Below, piece after piece: positions 15,015 through 26,820 of a DNA stretch of 64,000 bases. Below the pieces are notes generated by a model, which worked only from the letters and a program-made list of their open reading frames with translations, did not search any database and was not told where the DNA came from. The stretch lies in assembly GCF_003991155.1 (NCBI RefSeq), contig NZ_CP031293.1, one strand, 5' to 3'. The translations under genes were made by a program, and so were the position numbers. Numbering within the stretch: position 1 is the stretch's first letter; each line of letters opens with the position of its first letter. Source of the stretch: Escherichia coli. GTDB lineage: Bacteria > Pseudomonadota > Gammaproteobacteria > Enterobacterales > Enterobacteriaceae.

Positions 15015-16901
15015 CTACTCTTCCATCGCCTGGCGGATCTGATCCAACGACGCTGGATCATCAATGGTCGTCAGATCTCCAGGATCGCGTCCTTCGCAAA
15101 TCGCCTGGATCGTGCGGCGCAGCATTTTTCCGGATCGCGTTTTTGGCAATTGCGAGACAAACCAGACGTGCGCCGGGCGGCCAAAGTTGCCAATCTGGCT
15201 GTCCACCAGCGCCATAATCGCCTTCTCTTGCGAATGCGCCACCTCACGATCTTCCAGACTGTCGCTCTCTTTCGGAATGACAAACGCCACCGCCACCTGC
15301 CCTTTCAGCGCATCTTTCACCCCAACCACCGCCACTTCGGCAACGCCCGGATGACTGGAGATACTCTCTTCAATCTCGCGCGTCCCCAGCCGATGCCCGG
15401 CAACGTTAATTACATCGTCAGTGCGCCCGAGAATAAAGTGATAACCGTCAACGTCACGGATGCCCCAGTCAAAGGTGGCGTACACCGGGCGGGAAAACAG
15501 CGACCAGTACGTCTTCACAAAGCGGTCGTCGTCGCCCCAGATGGTCTGAATACACCCCGGCGGCAGCGGCCCTTCCACCACCAGCATCCCTTTCTCGTTG
15601 ACGCCACACGGTTCGCCGGTGACTTCATTAAGCAACTGCACGTTATAGCCATACATCGGCACGCCGGGGCTTCCCAGACGCGTCTGCCTGTCGTCCAGAC
15701 CGCGAGCAATCGCCATAATCGGCCAGCCGGATTCGGTCTGCCAGTAGTTGTCGATGACCGGCACATCCAGCGTATTGCTCACCCAACTGGCGGTCGGCTC
15801 GTCCAGCGGTTCTCCAGCCAGATAGAGCACTTCCAGCGACGAGAGATCGTGTTTGCGAATTTCAGCGGTAGGGAATTTTTTCAGCACGCGAATGGCGGTC
15901 GGCGCTGAGAACATCCGGCTAACCTGATATTTCTCGACGATTTTCCACCACACACCGCAGTCCGGCCAGATCGGTAATCCTTCGTAAACGATAGTCGCCA
16001 TCCCCGCCAGCAGCGGCGCGTAGACGATATACGAATGCCCCACCACCCAGCCGATATCCGAAGCACAAAAGAACACACCGCCCGCTTTGCCGCCAAAAAT
16101 GGTGTCCATCGAGGTCGCCAGCGCCACCGCATATCCGCCGACGTCACGCTGCACGCCTTTAGGTTTGCCGGTCGTGCCGGAGGTGTAGAGAATGCAGGAG
16201 GTTTCGTTGGATTCCAGCCACGCTACCGGCACCCGCGCGCCGATGTGTTGATGGCGCAATGACGCGAAATCGACATCCCGCCCGCTGACGCGCGCCATTT
16301 TCGCCAGCCCGCGATCCACCAGCAAAACGTGGCGCGGCTGATGCTGCGCCTGACTTATCGCATCGTCGAGCAATTTTTTATAAGGAATGATTTTGCCACC
16401 GCGCGCTCCGGCATCTGCCGAGACAATCAGCACCGGTTTAGCGTCATCAATCCGCGCCGCCACGCTGTGCGAGGCAAATCCACCAAACACCACCGAGTGA
16501 ATAGCGCCAATGCGCGCGCAGGCCAGCAGAGTAATATGCGCTTCGGCAATCATCGGCATATACACCAGCACCCGATCGCCACGCTGCACGCCCAGTGAGC
16601 GCAGCATTGACGCCACTGCGTTCACTTCGTCATGCAGCTGACGAAAGGTAAAGGTGCGCTCTTCTTCTGTTTCCGAAGAGACGGCAATCAGCGCCAGCGC
16701 CTCTGGCTGTTTCTCCAGCCAGCGGTCGATAGCGTTGTGACACAAGTTGGTTCGGCCTTCACAAAACCAACGGGCAAACGGCGGATTGCTGTGATCAAGC
16801 GTTTGCGTAAAGGGCGTCTGCCAGTCAATACGCCGGGCCTGCTCGGCCCAGAACTTCTCCGGTTCGTTAATCGAACGCTGATAAAATTCGCTAAAAGACA
16901 T
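15015..16901 (-). CDS. prpE: propionyl-CoA synthetase (acyl-CoA synthetase family)
   Basis: 628 aa; AMP-binding motif YTSGTTGKPKGV; last gene of prpBCDE. Confidence 0.95.
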   Translation of the reverse strand: MSFSEFYQRSINEPEKFWAEQARRIDWQTPFTQTLDHSNPPFARWFCEGRTNLCHNAIDRWLEKQPEALALIAVSSETEEERTFTFRQLHDEVNAVASMLRSLGVQRGDRVLVYMPMIAEAHITLLACARIGAIHSVVFGGFASHSVAARIDDAKPVLIVSADAGARGGKIIPYKKLLDDAISQAQHQPRHVLLVDRGLAKMARVSGRDVDFASLRHQHIGARVPVAWLESNETSCILYTSGTTGKPKGVQRDVGGYAVALATSMDTIFGGKAGGVFFCASDIGWVVGHSYIVYAPLLAGMATIVYEGLPIWPDCGVWWKIVEKYQVSRMFSAPTAIRVLKKFPTAEIRKHDLSSLEVLYLAGEPLDEPTASWVSNTLDVPVIDNYWQTESGWPIMAIARGLDDRQTRLGSPGVPMYGYNVQLLNEVTGEPCGVNEKGMLVVEGPLPPGCIQTIWGDDDRFVKTYWSLFSRPVYATFDWGIRDVDGYHFILGRTDDVINVAGHRLGTREIEESISSHPGVAEVAVVGVKDALKGQVAVAFVIPKESDSLEDREVAHSQEKAIMALVDSQIGNFGRPAHVWFVSQLPKTRSGKMLRRTIQAICEGRDPGDLTTIDDPASLDQIRQAMEE

Positions 16902-16940
16902 AATGCTCTCCTGTTGAACTTACGCCTTACCGCTGTTTGC

Positions 16941-18392
16941 TTAAATGACGTACAGGTCGAGATACTCATTGACCGGCATCTGTTCCAGGCGAGTTCTGTC
17001 GAGAGAAACCTCCAGAATGCGCTGCTGTTGGCGAGTCGGGAACTGGCGCGCGAGATTGATTTTGAATTTATCGACCAGCTTCGGAATTCCATCCTGACGG
17101 CGGCGAGCATGACCAATGGGGTACTCCACCACCACTTCTTCAAAGCGCGTGCCGTCGGTGAACTCAAGGGTTATGGCATTGGCGATGGCGCGTTTTTCCG
17201 GGTCGTGGTAGTCAGCGGTAAACGCCGGATCTTCAAAGCAATTGATCTTCTCGCGCAGGGCGTCGATGCGTTTATCTTGCGCAACGTTGTCCTCGTAATC
17301 TGCCGCCGTTAAGCGCCCGAACAGCAGCGGGATCGCCACCATGTACTGAATGCAGTGGTCGCGGTCAGCCGGGTTATTGAGCGGCCCTTTTTTGTCGATG
17401 ATGCGAATACAGGCTTCGTGGGTGCGAATGGTCACTTTTTCGATATCCGCCGCCGTTTTGCCTGCTGCCTGCATCTGTTCATAGAGCGTCATCGCCGCTT
17501 CAACTGCCGCCTGGGAGTGGAACTCCGCCGGGAAGGAGATTTTGAACAGCACATTTTCCATGACGTAGGAACCGTACGGACGCTGGAAGCGGAATGACTC
17601 ACCTTTAAAGGAGACGTCGTAGAAACCCCACACCGGCGCGGTCAGGGCTGACGGGTAACCCATTTCGCCCGTTTTCGCCATCAGCGCCAGACGTACCGCG
17701 CGGGATGTAGCATCGCCCGCCGCCCAGGATTTACGCGTGCCGGTGTTCGGCGCATGGCGGTAGGTGCGCAGCGACTGTCCGTCTACCCATGCCAGCGAAA
17801 CGGCGTTGAGGATTTCATCACGGGTCAGGCCAAGCATTTCGGCGACCACGGCGGTGGAAGCCACTTTCACTAACAGAACGTGGTCAAGGCCGACGCGATT
17901 AAAGGAGTTTTCCAGCGCGATGCAGCCCTGAATTTCATGGGCTTTAATCATTGCGGTCAGCACCTGTTTCATGGTCAACGGGGCTTTGCCGCTGGCGACC
18001 GCGTTGCGTGAAAGCCAGTCTGCCGTTGCCAAAATACCGCCGAGGTTGTCGGAAGGATGCCCCCACTCCGCCGCCAGCCAGGTATCGTTGAAATCGAGCC
18101 AACGGATCATCGCGCCGATGTTAAATGCCGCCTGGACGGGGTCGAGCTGGAACTGAGTTCCGGGGACGCGCACGCCGTTAGGTACGACGGTGCCGGGGAC
18201 AATTGGCCCCAGCAGTTTTTTACAGGCTGGGTATTCGAGAGCTTCAAGACCGCAGCCGAGCGTGTCGAGCAGGCAGTAATGTGCGGTGTCGTAGGCTACT
18301 CTGGAGCTGATTTCGTAGTTCATCACGTAATCGACGATATCAACGATTTCACGATCAAATTCCGGGCGGATGTTGTTGATTTGAGCTGACAT
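16941..18392 (-). CDS. prpD: 2-methylcitrate dehydratase
   Basis: 483-aa ORF (MmgE/PrpD family) [30 protein letters not shown]; operon position. Confidence 0.95.
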   Translation of the reverse strand: MSAQINNIRPEFDREIVDIVDYVMNYEISSRVAYDTAHYCLLDTLGCGLEALEYPACKKLLGPIVPGTVVPNGVRVPGTQFQLDPVQAAFNIGAMIRWLDFNDTWLAAEWGHPSDNLGGILATADWLSRNAVASGKAPLTMKQVLTAMIKAHEIQGCIALENSFNRVGLDHVLLVKVASTAVVAEMLGLTRDEILNAVSLAWVDGQSLRTYRHAPNTGTRKSWAAGDATSRAVRLALMAKTGEMGYPSALTAPVWGFYDVSFKGESFRFQRPYGSYVMENVLFKISFPAEFHSQAAVEAAMTLYEQMQAAGKTAADIEKVTIRTHEACIRIIDKKGPLNNPADRDHCIQYMVAIPLLFGRLTAADYEDNVAQDKRIDALREKINCFEDPAFTADYHDPEKRAIANAITLEFTDGTRFEEVVVEYPIGHARRRQDGIPKLVDKFKINLARQFPTRQQQRILEVSLDRTRLEQMPVNEYLDLYVI

Positions 18393-18425
18393 TGGGTACG
18401 TTTCCTTATTGTTATTCGTAGAGGT

Positions 18426-19595
18426 TTACTGGCGCTTATCCAGCGCGACAAACGGGCGGTCTTCCGGTCCAACATAATTGGCGGAAGGACGGATAATTTT
18501 GTTGTCCTGACGTTGTTCGATAATGTGCGCCGCCCAGCCGGTGACGCGGGCGATAACAAACAGTGGTGTGAACATCTCGGTGGGAACGCCCATCATGTTG
18601 TAGGAAACAGCGGAGAACCAGTCGAGATTGGGGAACATCTTTTTGCTCTCCCACATCACCGTTTCCAGGCGATCGGCGATGTTGTACATCTTCAGCGAAC
18701 CGCCTTCCTGCGAGAGCTGCTTCGCCACGCGTTTGATCACCTGATGACGCGGGTCAGCGATGGTATAAACCGGATGTCCAAAACCAATCACCACTTCTTT
18801 GTTTTCCACGCGCTTGCGGATATCGGCTTCGGCTTCGTCCGGCGTTTCGTAGCGTTGCTGGATCTCCAGCGACACTTCATTCGCCCCGCCGTGCTTCGGC
18901 CCGCGCAGTGCACCAATCGCGCCAATAATGGCGGAATACATATCAGAGCCGGTGCCCGCAATCACCCGGCTGGTAAAGGTGGAGGCGTTAAACTCGTGTT
19001 CGGCGTACAGCACCAGCGAAATATGCATCGCCTTTTCCCAGCTTTGCGACGGCTTTTCGCCATGCAGCAGATGCAGGAAGTGACCGCCGATGGAGTCGTC
19101 ATCGGTTTCCGGCTGAATGCGTTCGCCGTTGTGGCTGTAGTGATACCAGTAGAGAAGAATCGAGCTAAGTGACGCCAGCAGTTTGTCGGCAATATCCCGC
19201 GCACCAGATACAGTGTGCCCCTCTTTTTCCGGCAGTGTGCAGCCGAGCGCGGAAACGCCGGTGCGCATAACATCCATCGGGTGTGACGCCGCCGGTAAGG
19301 CTTCCAGCACGGTACGCACGTTAGCCGGTAAACCACGCAGGGCTTTCAGTTTCGTTTTGTAAGCGGCGAGTTCGTCACGGGTTGGCAGTTTGCCGTGGAT
19401 CAGCAGGTGCGCCACTTCTTCAAATTCACAATGTTCCGCCAGATCAAGAATATCGTAGCCACGGTAATGCAGGTCGTTGCCGCTTTTACCCACGGTGCAG
19501 AGCGCCGTATTGCCCGCCGGAACGCCGGAAAGTGCCACCGATTTTTTCGGTTTAATGACATGGGTACTGTTTTGCAGGATCGTTGTGTCGCTCAT
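18426..19595 (-). CDS. prpC: 2-methylcitrate synthase
   Basis: 389 aa; citrate-synthase signature GFGHPVY and conserved catalytic region. Confidence 0.95.
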   Translation of the reverse strand: MSDTTILQNSTHVIKPKKSVALSGVPAGNTALCTVGKSGNDLHYRGYDILDLAEHCEFEEVAHLLIHGKLPTRDELAAYKTKLKALRGLPANVRTVLEALPAASHPMDVMRTGVSALGCTLPEKEGHTVSGARDIADKLLASLSSILLYWYHYSHNGERIQPETDDDSIGGHFLHLLHGEKPSQSWEKAMHISLVLYAEHEFNASTFTSRVIAGTGSDMYSAIIGAIGALRGPKHGGANEVSLEIQQRYETPDEAEADIRKRVENKEVVIGFGHPVYTIADPRHQVIKRVAKQLSQEGGSLKMYNIADRLETVMWESKKMFPNLDWFSAVSYNMMGVPTEMFTPLFVIARVTGWAAHIIEQRQDNKIIRPSANYVGPEDRPFVALDKRQ

Positions 19596-19620
19596 ATTGT
19601 CCTCGTCATTGTTATCATTT

Positions 19621-19733
19621 GTAGGGTCGAGATTGTTGTCGGATGCGACGCTATGCGTCTTATCCGACCTACAGTTCAGTTCACCTCGTAGGCCTGATAA
19701 GTCGCGTCAGCGGCGCATCAGGCATCGGTTGTC
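19621..19733. repeat. REP element cluster in the prpB-prpC intergenic region
   Basis: GTCGGATGCGACGCTATGCGTCTTATCCGACCTAC ... GTAGGCCTGATAAGTCGCGTCAGCGGCGCATCAGGCATCG. Confidence 0.7.
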
Positions 19734-19754
19734 GAATACAACCAACGGGCGTTT

Positions 19755-20645
19755 TTATTTCACCTGACCACGGGCAAACAGGTCGTCGAGCTTCTCTTCG
19801 TACTGGTAGTAGTTGATGCTTTCGTACAGCTCGTTGCGGGTCTGCATGGTGTCGATGACGCTTTTCTGCGTGCCTTCCTGACGCAGGACGTTGTAGACAT
19901 GTTCAGCGGCGCGGTTCATGGCACGGAACGCTGAAAGCGGGTACAGCGCCATTGCGACATGGGCGCTGCGTAATTCGTCGGTGGTAAACAGCGGTGTTGC
20001 GCCAAATTCGGTGATGTTGGCGAGGATCGGCACCTGCACCGCATCGGCAAACTGGCGGTACATGGCGAGTTCGGTAATCGCCTCCGGGAACAACATCTCG
20101 GCACCCGCTTCAACATAGGCCTGCGCGCGCTCGATCGCGGCGTCCAGCCCCTCTACCGCCAGCGCATCGGTGCGCGCCATGATCACAAAATCAGGATCGG
20201 TTTTCGCATCCACCGCCGCGCGGATCCGATCCACCATCTCCTCTTTCGAGACAATCGCTTTGTTCGGACGATGACCGCAGCGTTTCGCACCAACCTGATC
20301 TTCAATATGCAATCCTGCCGCACCGGCTTTAATCATCGATTTCACGGTGCGCGCCACGTTAAAGGCCGAAGAACCAAAACCGATATCCGCATCCACCAGC
20401 AGCGGCAGCGAACAAACGTCGGTAATACGGCGAATATCTGTCAGCACGTCATCAAGAGTAGAAATACCGAGATCCGGCAGCCCCAGCGACCCTGCCGCCA
20501 CGCCACCGCCGGAAAGATAAATCGCCTGATATCCGGCACGCCGCGCCAGCAGCGCATGGTTAGCGTTGATGGTGCCAACAATCTGCAATGGATTTTCTTT
20601 AGTCAGTGCAGCGCGAAACGCTTTACCTGGAGAGTGTAGAGACAT
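19755..20645 (-). CDS. prpB: 2-methylisocitrate lyase
   Basis: 296-aa [37 protein letters not shown] (isocitrate lyase/PEP mutase superfamily); first gene of prpBCDE. Confidence 0.95.
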   Translation of the reverse strand: MSLHSPGKAFRAALTKENPLQIVGTINANHALLARRAGYQAIYLSGGGVAAGSLGLPDLGISTLDDVLTDIRRITDVCSLPLLVDADIGFGSSAFNVARTVKSMIKAGAAGLHIEDQVGAKRCGHRPNKAIVSKEEMVDRIRAAVDAKTDPDFVIMARTDALAVEGLDAAIERAQAYVEAGAEMLFPEAITELAMYRQFADAVQVPILANITEFGATPLFTTDELRSAHVAMALYPLSAFRAMNRAAEHVYNVLRQEGTQKSVIDTMQTRNELYESINYYQYEEKLDDLFARGQVK

Positions 20646-20692
20646 AGCCCATCCTTTGTTATCAACTTGTTATTTGCGTTAATAAACACAAA

Positions 20693-20707
20693 GCAAGGGG
20701 TGTGCCA
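20693..20707 (-). promoter_or_regulatory. sigma-54 promoter (-24 TGGCAC / -12 TTGC) for prpBCDE
   Basis: Reverse complement reads TGGCACACCCCTTGC, i.e. GG-N10-GC, about 50 bp upstream of the prpB start; consistent with the adjacent sigma-54 activator prpR. Confidence 0.75.
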
Positions 20708-20883
20708 CAATTGACTGAATAAAATTAAATGTTTAATTTCAATTTGTTAGAGATAAAGTCATGAAGTAATCCGCAAATATGTGTTTCAGTTAACGTTTCA
20801 GGCAATGTTTCACCGCGTTTCATTGCAACAATTATGAAACAAGGCTAAACCCAATATTCGGTTTCTTAACTTTGCGGTGCGCT

Positions 20884-22470
20884 ATGGCACATCCACCACG
20901 GCTGAATGACGACAAACCGGTTATCTGGACGGTATCGGTGACGCGCCTGTTCGAGCTGTTTCGCGATATCAGCCTCGAGTTTGATCACCTGGCGAACATT
21001 ACCCCTATTCAGCTTGGCTTTGAAAAAGCAGTGACCTATATCCGCAAGAAACTGGCAAACGAACGCTGCGACGCCATCATCGCCGCTGGCTCTAACGGCG
21101 CATATCTTAAAAGCCGCCTGTCAGTGCCAGTTATTTTGATTAAACCGAGCGGCTACGATGTGTTACAGGCACTGGCAAAAGCCGGAAAACTCACCTCTTC
21201 TATCGGCGTTGTCACTTATCAGGAAACTATTCCGGCACTGGTGGCGTTTCAAAAAACCTTTAATTTGCGCCTCGACCAACGTAGCTACATTACCGAAGAA
21301 GACGCGCGCGGGCAGATTAACGAGCTGAAAGCTAACGGCACCGAAGCGGTGGTCGGCGCGGGGCTGATTACCGATCTGGCAGAAGAAGCCGGAATGACCG
21401 GAATTTTTATCTATTCCGCCGCCACCGTGCGCCAGGCATTCAGCGATGCGCTGGATATGACGCGCATGTCGTTACGCCATAACACTCACGATGCCACCCG
21501 CAACGCTCTGCGTACTCGTTACGTGCTGGGCGATATGCTCGGTCAATCACCACAGATGGAACAGGTACGGCAGACTATTTTGCTGTATGCCCGCTCCAGT
21601 GCGGCGGTGTTGATTGAGGGGGAAACGGGGACGGGCAAAGAGCTGGCGGCCCAGGCGATTCATCGGGAATATTTTGCCCGCCACGATGCGCGACAGGGCA
21701 AAAAGTCGCATCCGTTTGTTGCCGTCAACTGCGGGGCGATTGCCGAATCGCTGCTGGAAGCGGAGCTGTTTGGCTATGAGGAAGGAGCGTTTACCGGCTC
21801 GCGACGTGGAGGTCGCGCCGGGCTGTTCGAAATTGCCCACGGCGGTACGCTGTTTCTGGATGAGATTGGCGAAATGCCGCTACCTTTGCAGACTCGCCTG
21901 TTACGGGTGCTGGAAGAAAAAGAGGTCACCCGCGTCGGCGGGCATCAGCCTGTTCCGGTGGATGTGCGAGTCATTAGCGCCACTCACTGCAATCTGGAAG
22001 AAGATATGCGGCAAGGGGAGTTTCGCCGTGATCTGTTTTATCGGCTGAGTATTTTGCGTCTGCAATTGCCACCACTGCGCGAGCGGGTGACGGATATTCT
22101 GCCGCTGGCGGAAAGCTTTTTGAAAGTGTCTCTGGCGGCGCTCTCCGCCCCGTTTTCTGCCGCATTACGCCAGGGGTTACAGGCAAGCGAAACCGTGCTG
22201 GTGCACTACGACTGGCCGGGAAATATTCGTGAACTGCGCAATATGATGGAGCGACTGGCGCTGTTTTTAAGTGTGGAACCGACGCCGGATTTAACGCCGC
22301 AATTTTTGCAGCTGCTACTGCCGGAACTGGCGCGCGAGTCGGCGAAAACTCCCGCTCCACGCTTACTGACACCACAACAGGCACTGGAGAAATTTAAAGG
22401 CGATAAAACAGCAGCGGCGAATTATTTAGGTATCAGCCGGACGACGTTCTGGCGGCGGCTGAAAAGCTGA
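20884..22470 (+). CDS. prpR: sigma-54-dependent activator of the prp operon
   Basis: ORF 20872..22470; ATG at 20884 gives [15 protein letters not shown]; AAA+ Walker A GETGTGKE and GAFTGS motif; C-terminal HTH. Confidence 0.93.
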   Translation: MAHPPRLNDDKPVIWTVSVTRLFELFRDISLEFDHLANITPIQLGFEKAVTYIRKKLANERCDAIIAAGSNGAYLKSRLSVPVILIKPSGYDVLQALAKAGKLTSSIGVVTYQETIPALVAFQKTFNLRLDQRSYITEEDARGQINELKANGTEAVVGAGLITDLAEEAGMTGIFIYSAATVRQAFSDALDMTRMSLRHNTHDATRNALRTRYVLGDMLGQSPQMEQVRQTILLYARSSAAVLIEGETGTGKELAAQAIHREYFARHDARQGKKSHPFVAVNCGAIAESLLEAELFGYEEGAFTGSRRGGRAGLFEIAHGGTLFLDEIGEMPLPLQTRLLRVLEEKEVTRVGGHQPVPVDVRVISATHCNLEEDMRQGEFRRDLFYRLSILRLQLPPLRERVTDILPLAESFLKVSLAALSAPFSAALRQGLQASETVLVHYDWPGNIRELRNMMERLALFLSVEPTPDLTPQFLQLLLPELARESAKTPAPRLLTPQQALEKFKGDKTAAANYLGISRTTFWRRLKS

Positions 22471-22567
22471 ACTGCCGAATGCAGCGCGAACGCTTTATCC
22501 GGCATAAATTTCAATAGATGATCGCCGATAAACTTACGCATCGGGGATGTTTATATAGGGTTCAGAA

Positions 22568-22843
22568 TTACTTCTTCTTATAAATATCCGCCGTGCCGTG
22601 GATCTTATTGTCAGTCTGACCAGAGGTCAGCACCAACACATCAGCCCCTTTTTCATCCGCTTTTTTGATCAGATCTTCTTTCGCATCTGCGGTCGACATT
22701 TCATTACTGGTTGAAATATCACCTATTTTTTCATATTGCGATGCAACCTTTTCAAATTCCGCTTTGGTCATTAATTCTGCGGCATAGACATTGGTAACGG
22801 CAAACGCTAACGCACCGACTAACATTTTAGAGATTATTTTCAT
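22568..22843 (-). CDS. yahO: small secreted DUF1471 (BhsA/YdgH-like) protein
   Basis: 91 aa with N-terminal signal peptide [21 protein letters not shown]; matches YahO length and position. Confidence 0.8.
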   Translation of the reverse strand: MKIISKMLVGALAFAVTNVYAAELMTKAEFEKVASQYEKIGDISTSNEMSTADAKEDLIKKADEKGADVLVLTSGQTDNKIHGTADIYKKK

Positions 22844-22989
22844 ATTACGGCTCCAGAGTTGTTATCACACTATCACCCACCCACATTATTGGGTTGATTA
22901 ATAATTAGTTCAGTCAGGGCATAAACGCCAGTAACCGGAAATAAGACACTTTGTGATCTCTCTCGCACCCGATTATTTTTGGTAGAAAT

Positions 22990-23661
22990 ATGATGAAGTT
23001 ACTTCACTTATTTATGGATGAAATCACTATGGATCCTTTGCACGCCGTTTATCTGACCGTAGGACTGTTCGTGATTACTTTTTTTAATCCGGGAGCCAAT
23101 CTCTTTGTGGTAGTACAAACCAGCCTGGCTTCCGGTCGACGCGCAGGAGTGCTGACCGGACTGGGCGTGGCGCTGGGCGATGCATTTTATTCCGGGTTGG
23201 GTTTGTTTGGTCTTGCAACGCTAATTACGCAGTGTGAGGAGATTTTTTCGCTTATCAGAATCGTCGGCGGCGCTTATCTCTTATGGTTTGCGTGGTGCAG
23301 CATGCGCCGCCAGTCAACACCGCAAATGAGCACACTACAACAACCGATTAACGCCCCCTGGTATGTCTTTTTTCGCCGCGGATTAATTACCGATCTCTCT
23401 AACCCGCAAACCGTGTTATTTTTTATCAGTATTTTCTCAGTAACATTAAATGCCGAAACACCAACATGGGCACGTTTAATGGCCTGGGCGGGGATTGTGC
23501 TCGCATCAGTTATCTGGCGAGTCTTTCTTAGTCAGGCGTTTTCTTTGCCTGCTGTGCGTCGTGCTTATGGGCGTATGCAACGCGTTGCCAGTCGGGTTAT
23601 TGGTGCAATTATTGGTGTATTCGCGCTACGCCTGATTTACGAAGGGGTGACGCAGCGGTGA
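22990..23661 (+). CDS. yahN: LysE/RhtB-family amino-acid exporter
   Basis: 223-aa hydrophobic ORF; matches YahN. Confidence 0.82.
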   Translation: MMKLLHLFMDEITMDPLHAVYLTVGLFVITFFNPGANLFVVVQTSLASGRRAGVLTGLGVALGDAFYSGLGLFGLATLITQCEEIFSLIRIVGGAYLLWFAWCSMRRQSTPQMSTLQQPINAPWYVFFRRGLITDLSNPQTVLFFISIFSVTLNAETPTWARLMAWAGIVLASVIWRVFLSQAFSLPAVRRAYGRMQRVASRVIGAIIGVFALRLIYEGVTQR

Positions 23662-23677
23662 GCAGATAATTTACTCT

Positions 23678-23923
23678 CTACGTAATCAACCTGATTTGCC
23701 GGATCCCGACCATCGGCGATGATAGCCCCCGTAATGCGTGGTCCTTATTTCCGATAAGTTTACTTGAGTCTTTAGCTTCCCATTTCAGCCCACTCTCCCC
23801 TGTGTGGGCTTTTTTCATTGCTTTGACCCGTCCTGAATAGCCAAACAATGGCAATGTTTCACTTTGCAGGGATGATAATAAGGGGATCTGATTCAGAAGA
23901 GTTATGAAAAGTTGGACCGCCAT
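23678..23923 (-). CDS. yahM: small protein of unknown function
   Basis: ORF 23678..23953; internal ATG at 23923 gives the 81-aa MAVQLFITLLNQIPLLSSLQ... that I recall for YahM. No functional motif seen. Confidence 0.55.
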   Translation of the reverse strand: MAVQLFITLLNQIPLLSSLQSETLPLFGYSGRVKAMKKAHTGESGLKWEAKDSSKLIGNKDHALRGLSSPMVGIRQIRLIT

Positions 23924-24336
23924 CGAGGCCTCGAACCCCGTACCATACAACAATCCTGGTTGTCGTCTGCTCTTCCTGATGAGCTAATGGCGGTTTTTGA
24001 TATGAGCCTTACAGCATATTTTCTGTCAGGCTTGAGTGCGATACGTAAGATACAGAAAAGACCCCACACAAACATGATGGAATTATGATTTTTTTCATAT
24101 GAATGTCAACCCACACATTCACAAAACATCTGCATGAGATCATTTTTTTATACACCGTATAGCTGCGAAACCACTGCTGATGCTTTTTTAAGCGAAGCGT
24201 CGCCGATCACAACAAAATATCGGCGAAAAAGGCGGTGGAATGCCATTTGGCATACGGATATACAGATGAAATGATCACCTGCTTTGCGATTCACTCTCTG
24301 GTGGAATAACAACTCGCAGGTGGAACCCTTTCTGAA

Positions 24337-25152
24337 CTAAAGAGTGTAGCGGATTTTAACGTGCTTATTTACAGGATAATATCTGTCACCTAATTCCTGC
24401 ACTCTATTAGATATCCATTCATTTAATCGCGCATCATCTCTGTATGTTTTTACGTCCAGAACAGAGAGCAATAACCTCACCAGTGATTCAGGAAAAACAG
24501 GGTAGATATTTTTTAAGTGTAATAATAATCCATGCGCAAGCGCCTGCTTAATGGGCGCGTCGGTCTCCGGGATAGACGACATTTCGCGAAGCCATTTTTC
24601 CACATGCATACACTCTTTCCCTTTAGGGAAAAGTCTCAGCAAAGGCATATGGTGTTCAAGAAGAATACATTTGCAATCTGTTCGCACTGAATCGATAAAC
24701 TGCACTAATTTCTTAAGCCCGGTAAAGCGTCCAGCCTGCACATTTGCTTTAATATCAAGAAACGCATCATCCTGGTCATATACCCAAACTGTCCCTTTTT
24801 GATTTTCAAGTATGCGAAAAACAAACTTAACCGGGTGATCAGGGTAATCCATCCAGTCATAAAATCCAGGGAAATCATTAAACTGCACATTTATGGTGAG
24901 TGCGTTATCGTCTGACCACTCACAGTCTCGCACGGCTGCCATAAGATGAATGAGTTTGTCATCATCGACTAAATCATCACGACAATCATAAGGATAATCA
25001 TAATATTGTTTAATCAAAACCTTGAATATATCGACACAGGAAACCAGAGAGCTTTTGATATCCTCCGGTAACTGGTTGTTTTTAACCGTATTAAGTATGC
25101 TTTGTTGCGTATATGGCATCAAATTATTGTGTGGAGCTTTTAATGATATCAT
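24337..25152 (-). CDS. yahL: protein of unknown function, A+T-rich gene
   Basis: 271-aa ORF MISLKAPHNNLMPYTQQSILNTVKNNQLPEDIK; no recognisable domain; length matches YahL. Confidence 0.7.
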   Translation of the reverse strand: MISLKAPHNNLMPYTQQSILNTVKNNQLPEDIKSSLVSCVDIFKVLIKQYYDYPYDCRDDLVDDDKLIHLMAAVRDCEWSDDNALTINVQFNDFPGFYDWMDYPDHPVKFVFRILENQKGTVWVYDQDDAFLDIKANVQAGRFTGLKKLVQFIDSVRTDCKCILLEHHMPLLRLFPKGKECMHVEKWLREMSSIPETDAPIKQALAHGLLLHLKNIYPVFPESLVRLLLSVLDVKTYRDDARLNEWISNRVQELGDRYYPVNKHVKIRYTL

Positions 25153-25394
25153 CGCGATCTCTCTTAAATAAAAATAAACGTCGCAGATAATAAAGCTCTG
25201 ATTAAACCAGGCACTATCAGAAATCGCTCATAACTAACGTGTGAAGTATTGTGTCCTGGAGGGAGTTAATTTAACAATTTGAATTTACGTTATAGGTTTT
25301 ACTGCTACTTTGATATTATTTCGCTCTCCTTAACTAAAAAGTTAAGTGGAGAGCGAAGTTAATATGTTAAACCACAGGATATTTATTAATTGTT

Positions 25395-26444
25395 TCAGTC
25401 TGTTAGTGTGCGATTATCGATAACAAAACGATATTTCACATCTCCTCGCAGCATTCGCTCATAGGCTTCATTAATTTGATCGGCCCGAATCATCTCTATA
25501 TCAGCCACGATGCCATGTTCGGCGCAAAAATCGAGCATCTCCTGAGTTTCTGGAATGCCGCCAATCATAGAACCGGCTATCGCACGGCGTTTCATGATCA
25601 GGTTGAAAACTTCCGGCGATTTATGCGGTGTCGCAGGCGCACCAACCAGCGTCATGGTGCCATCGCGCTTCAGCAAGGTGGTAAAATCGTCGAGATTATG
25701 TGGCGCAGCTACTGTATTCAAAATGAAATCGAAACTCTTCAGATGAGTCGCCATCTCATCGGCATTGCGTGAGTTAACAACTTCATCGGCCCCCAGGGCT
25801 TTTGCCGCTTCGCGTTTTGACTCAGACGTGGTAAACGCCACCACATGCGCCCCCATCGCGTGGGCCAGCTTGATCCCCATATGTCCCAGACCGCCGATGC
25901 CAACCACGCCCACTTTTTTACCCGGCCCGGCCTGCCAGTGACGTAGCGGCGAATACGTGGTGATCCCTGCACACAACAAAGGAGCCACCGCCGCCAGCTG
26001 CTCTTGCGGGTGACGAATACGCAAAACATATCGCTCATGAACGACGATCTGTTGTGAGTAGCCGCCCAGAGTATGGCCCGGTTCGTCCGGCGTCGGCGAG
26101 TTATAGGTGCCGGTCATGTGATCACAGTAGTTTTCCAGCCCGTCTTCACACTCTTCACAATGTTTACAACTGTCGACAATACAGCCGACACCGACCAGAT
26201 CGCCCGGCGCATGTTTTTCTACCTGATCACCAACGGCTACCACACGCCCCACAATTTCATGACCCGGCACGCAGGGGTAAACCGTCCCCGCCCACTCGGA
26301 ACGGACCTGGTGGATATCGGAATGGCAGACGCCACAGTAAGCGATTTCAATTTTGACATCATGCGGTCCCGGTTCACGCCGGGTAATATCCATCGGTTCC
26401 AGCGGTTGTTTAGCGGAATATGCACCAACAGCTCTGATCTTCAT
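25395..26444 (-). CDS. yahK: NADPH-dependent aldehyde reductase (zinc alcohol dehydrogenase family)
   Basis: 349 aa; zinc-ADH motifs CGVCHSD and GHEIVGRV, Rossmann motif GVVGIGGLGHMG. Confidence 0.9.
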   Translation of the reverse strand: MKIRAVGAYSAKQPLEPMDITRREPGPHDVKIEIAYCGVCHSDIHQVRSEWAGTVYPCVPGHEIVGRVVAVGDQVEKHAPGDLVGVGCIVDSCKHCEECEDGLENYCDHMTGTYNSPTPDEPGHTLGGYSQQIVVHERYVLRIRHPQEQLAAVAPLLCAGITTYSPLRHWQAGPGKKVGVVGIGGLGHMGIKLAHAMGAHVVAFTTSESKREAAKALGADEVVNSRNADEMATHLKSFDFILNTVAAPHNLDDFTTLLKRDGTMTLVGAPATPHKSPEVFNLIMKRRAIAGSMIGGIPETQEMLDFCAEHGIVADIEMIRADQINEAYERMLRGDVKYRFVIDNRTLTD

Positions 26445-26820
26445 TGTGTTTACTCCTGATTAGCTATGTGTATTTGGCGATGCCTGATATGTCATCGCGG
26501 CAAAACGCGTCCATTGAATATAGCCAATATTTAAACCACCCGATCCAGCCCCAACATGCCGCGAGCCTGAATGAAACAGAGCAGCAACGTTCCCCATAAG
26601 GCGAGCGCCTATAAGTGTGATATTTGCTATCCGTAAAAGACAAAAATCGGCAAAACTGATGATATTTTCACGTAGACAAATAGTTATCTACACAACGTCA
26701 ATAAGGGCATATTCTTCAAAGATAATGTCCATTTCTGCCGACACACTCATACTCAGGCCGCCCCACTCCCTGGGGCTTAAATCTCTTACTGTTCACCGTT
26801 GCAGATATATCAAGTTCGTA

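Noticed and set aside
23905-23960. tRNA-like fragment (GGGGTTCGAGGCC on the minus strand resembles a T-arm)
   Set aside because: No complete cloverleaf (no acceptor stem, anticodon arm or CCA context) can be built, and it overlaps the yahM N-terminal region; judged a chance match.
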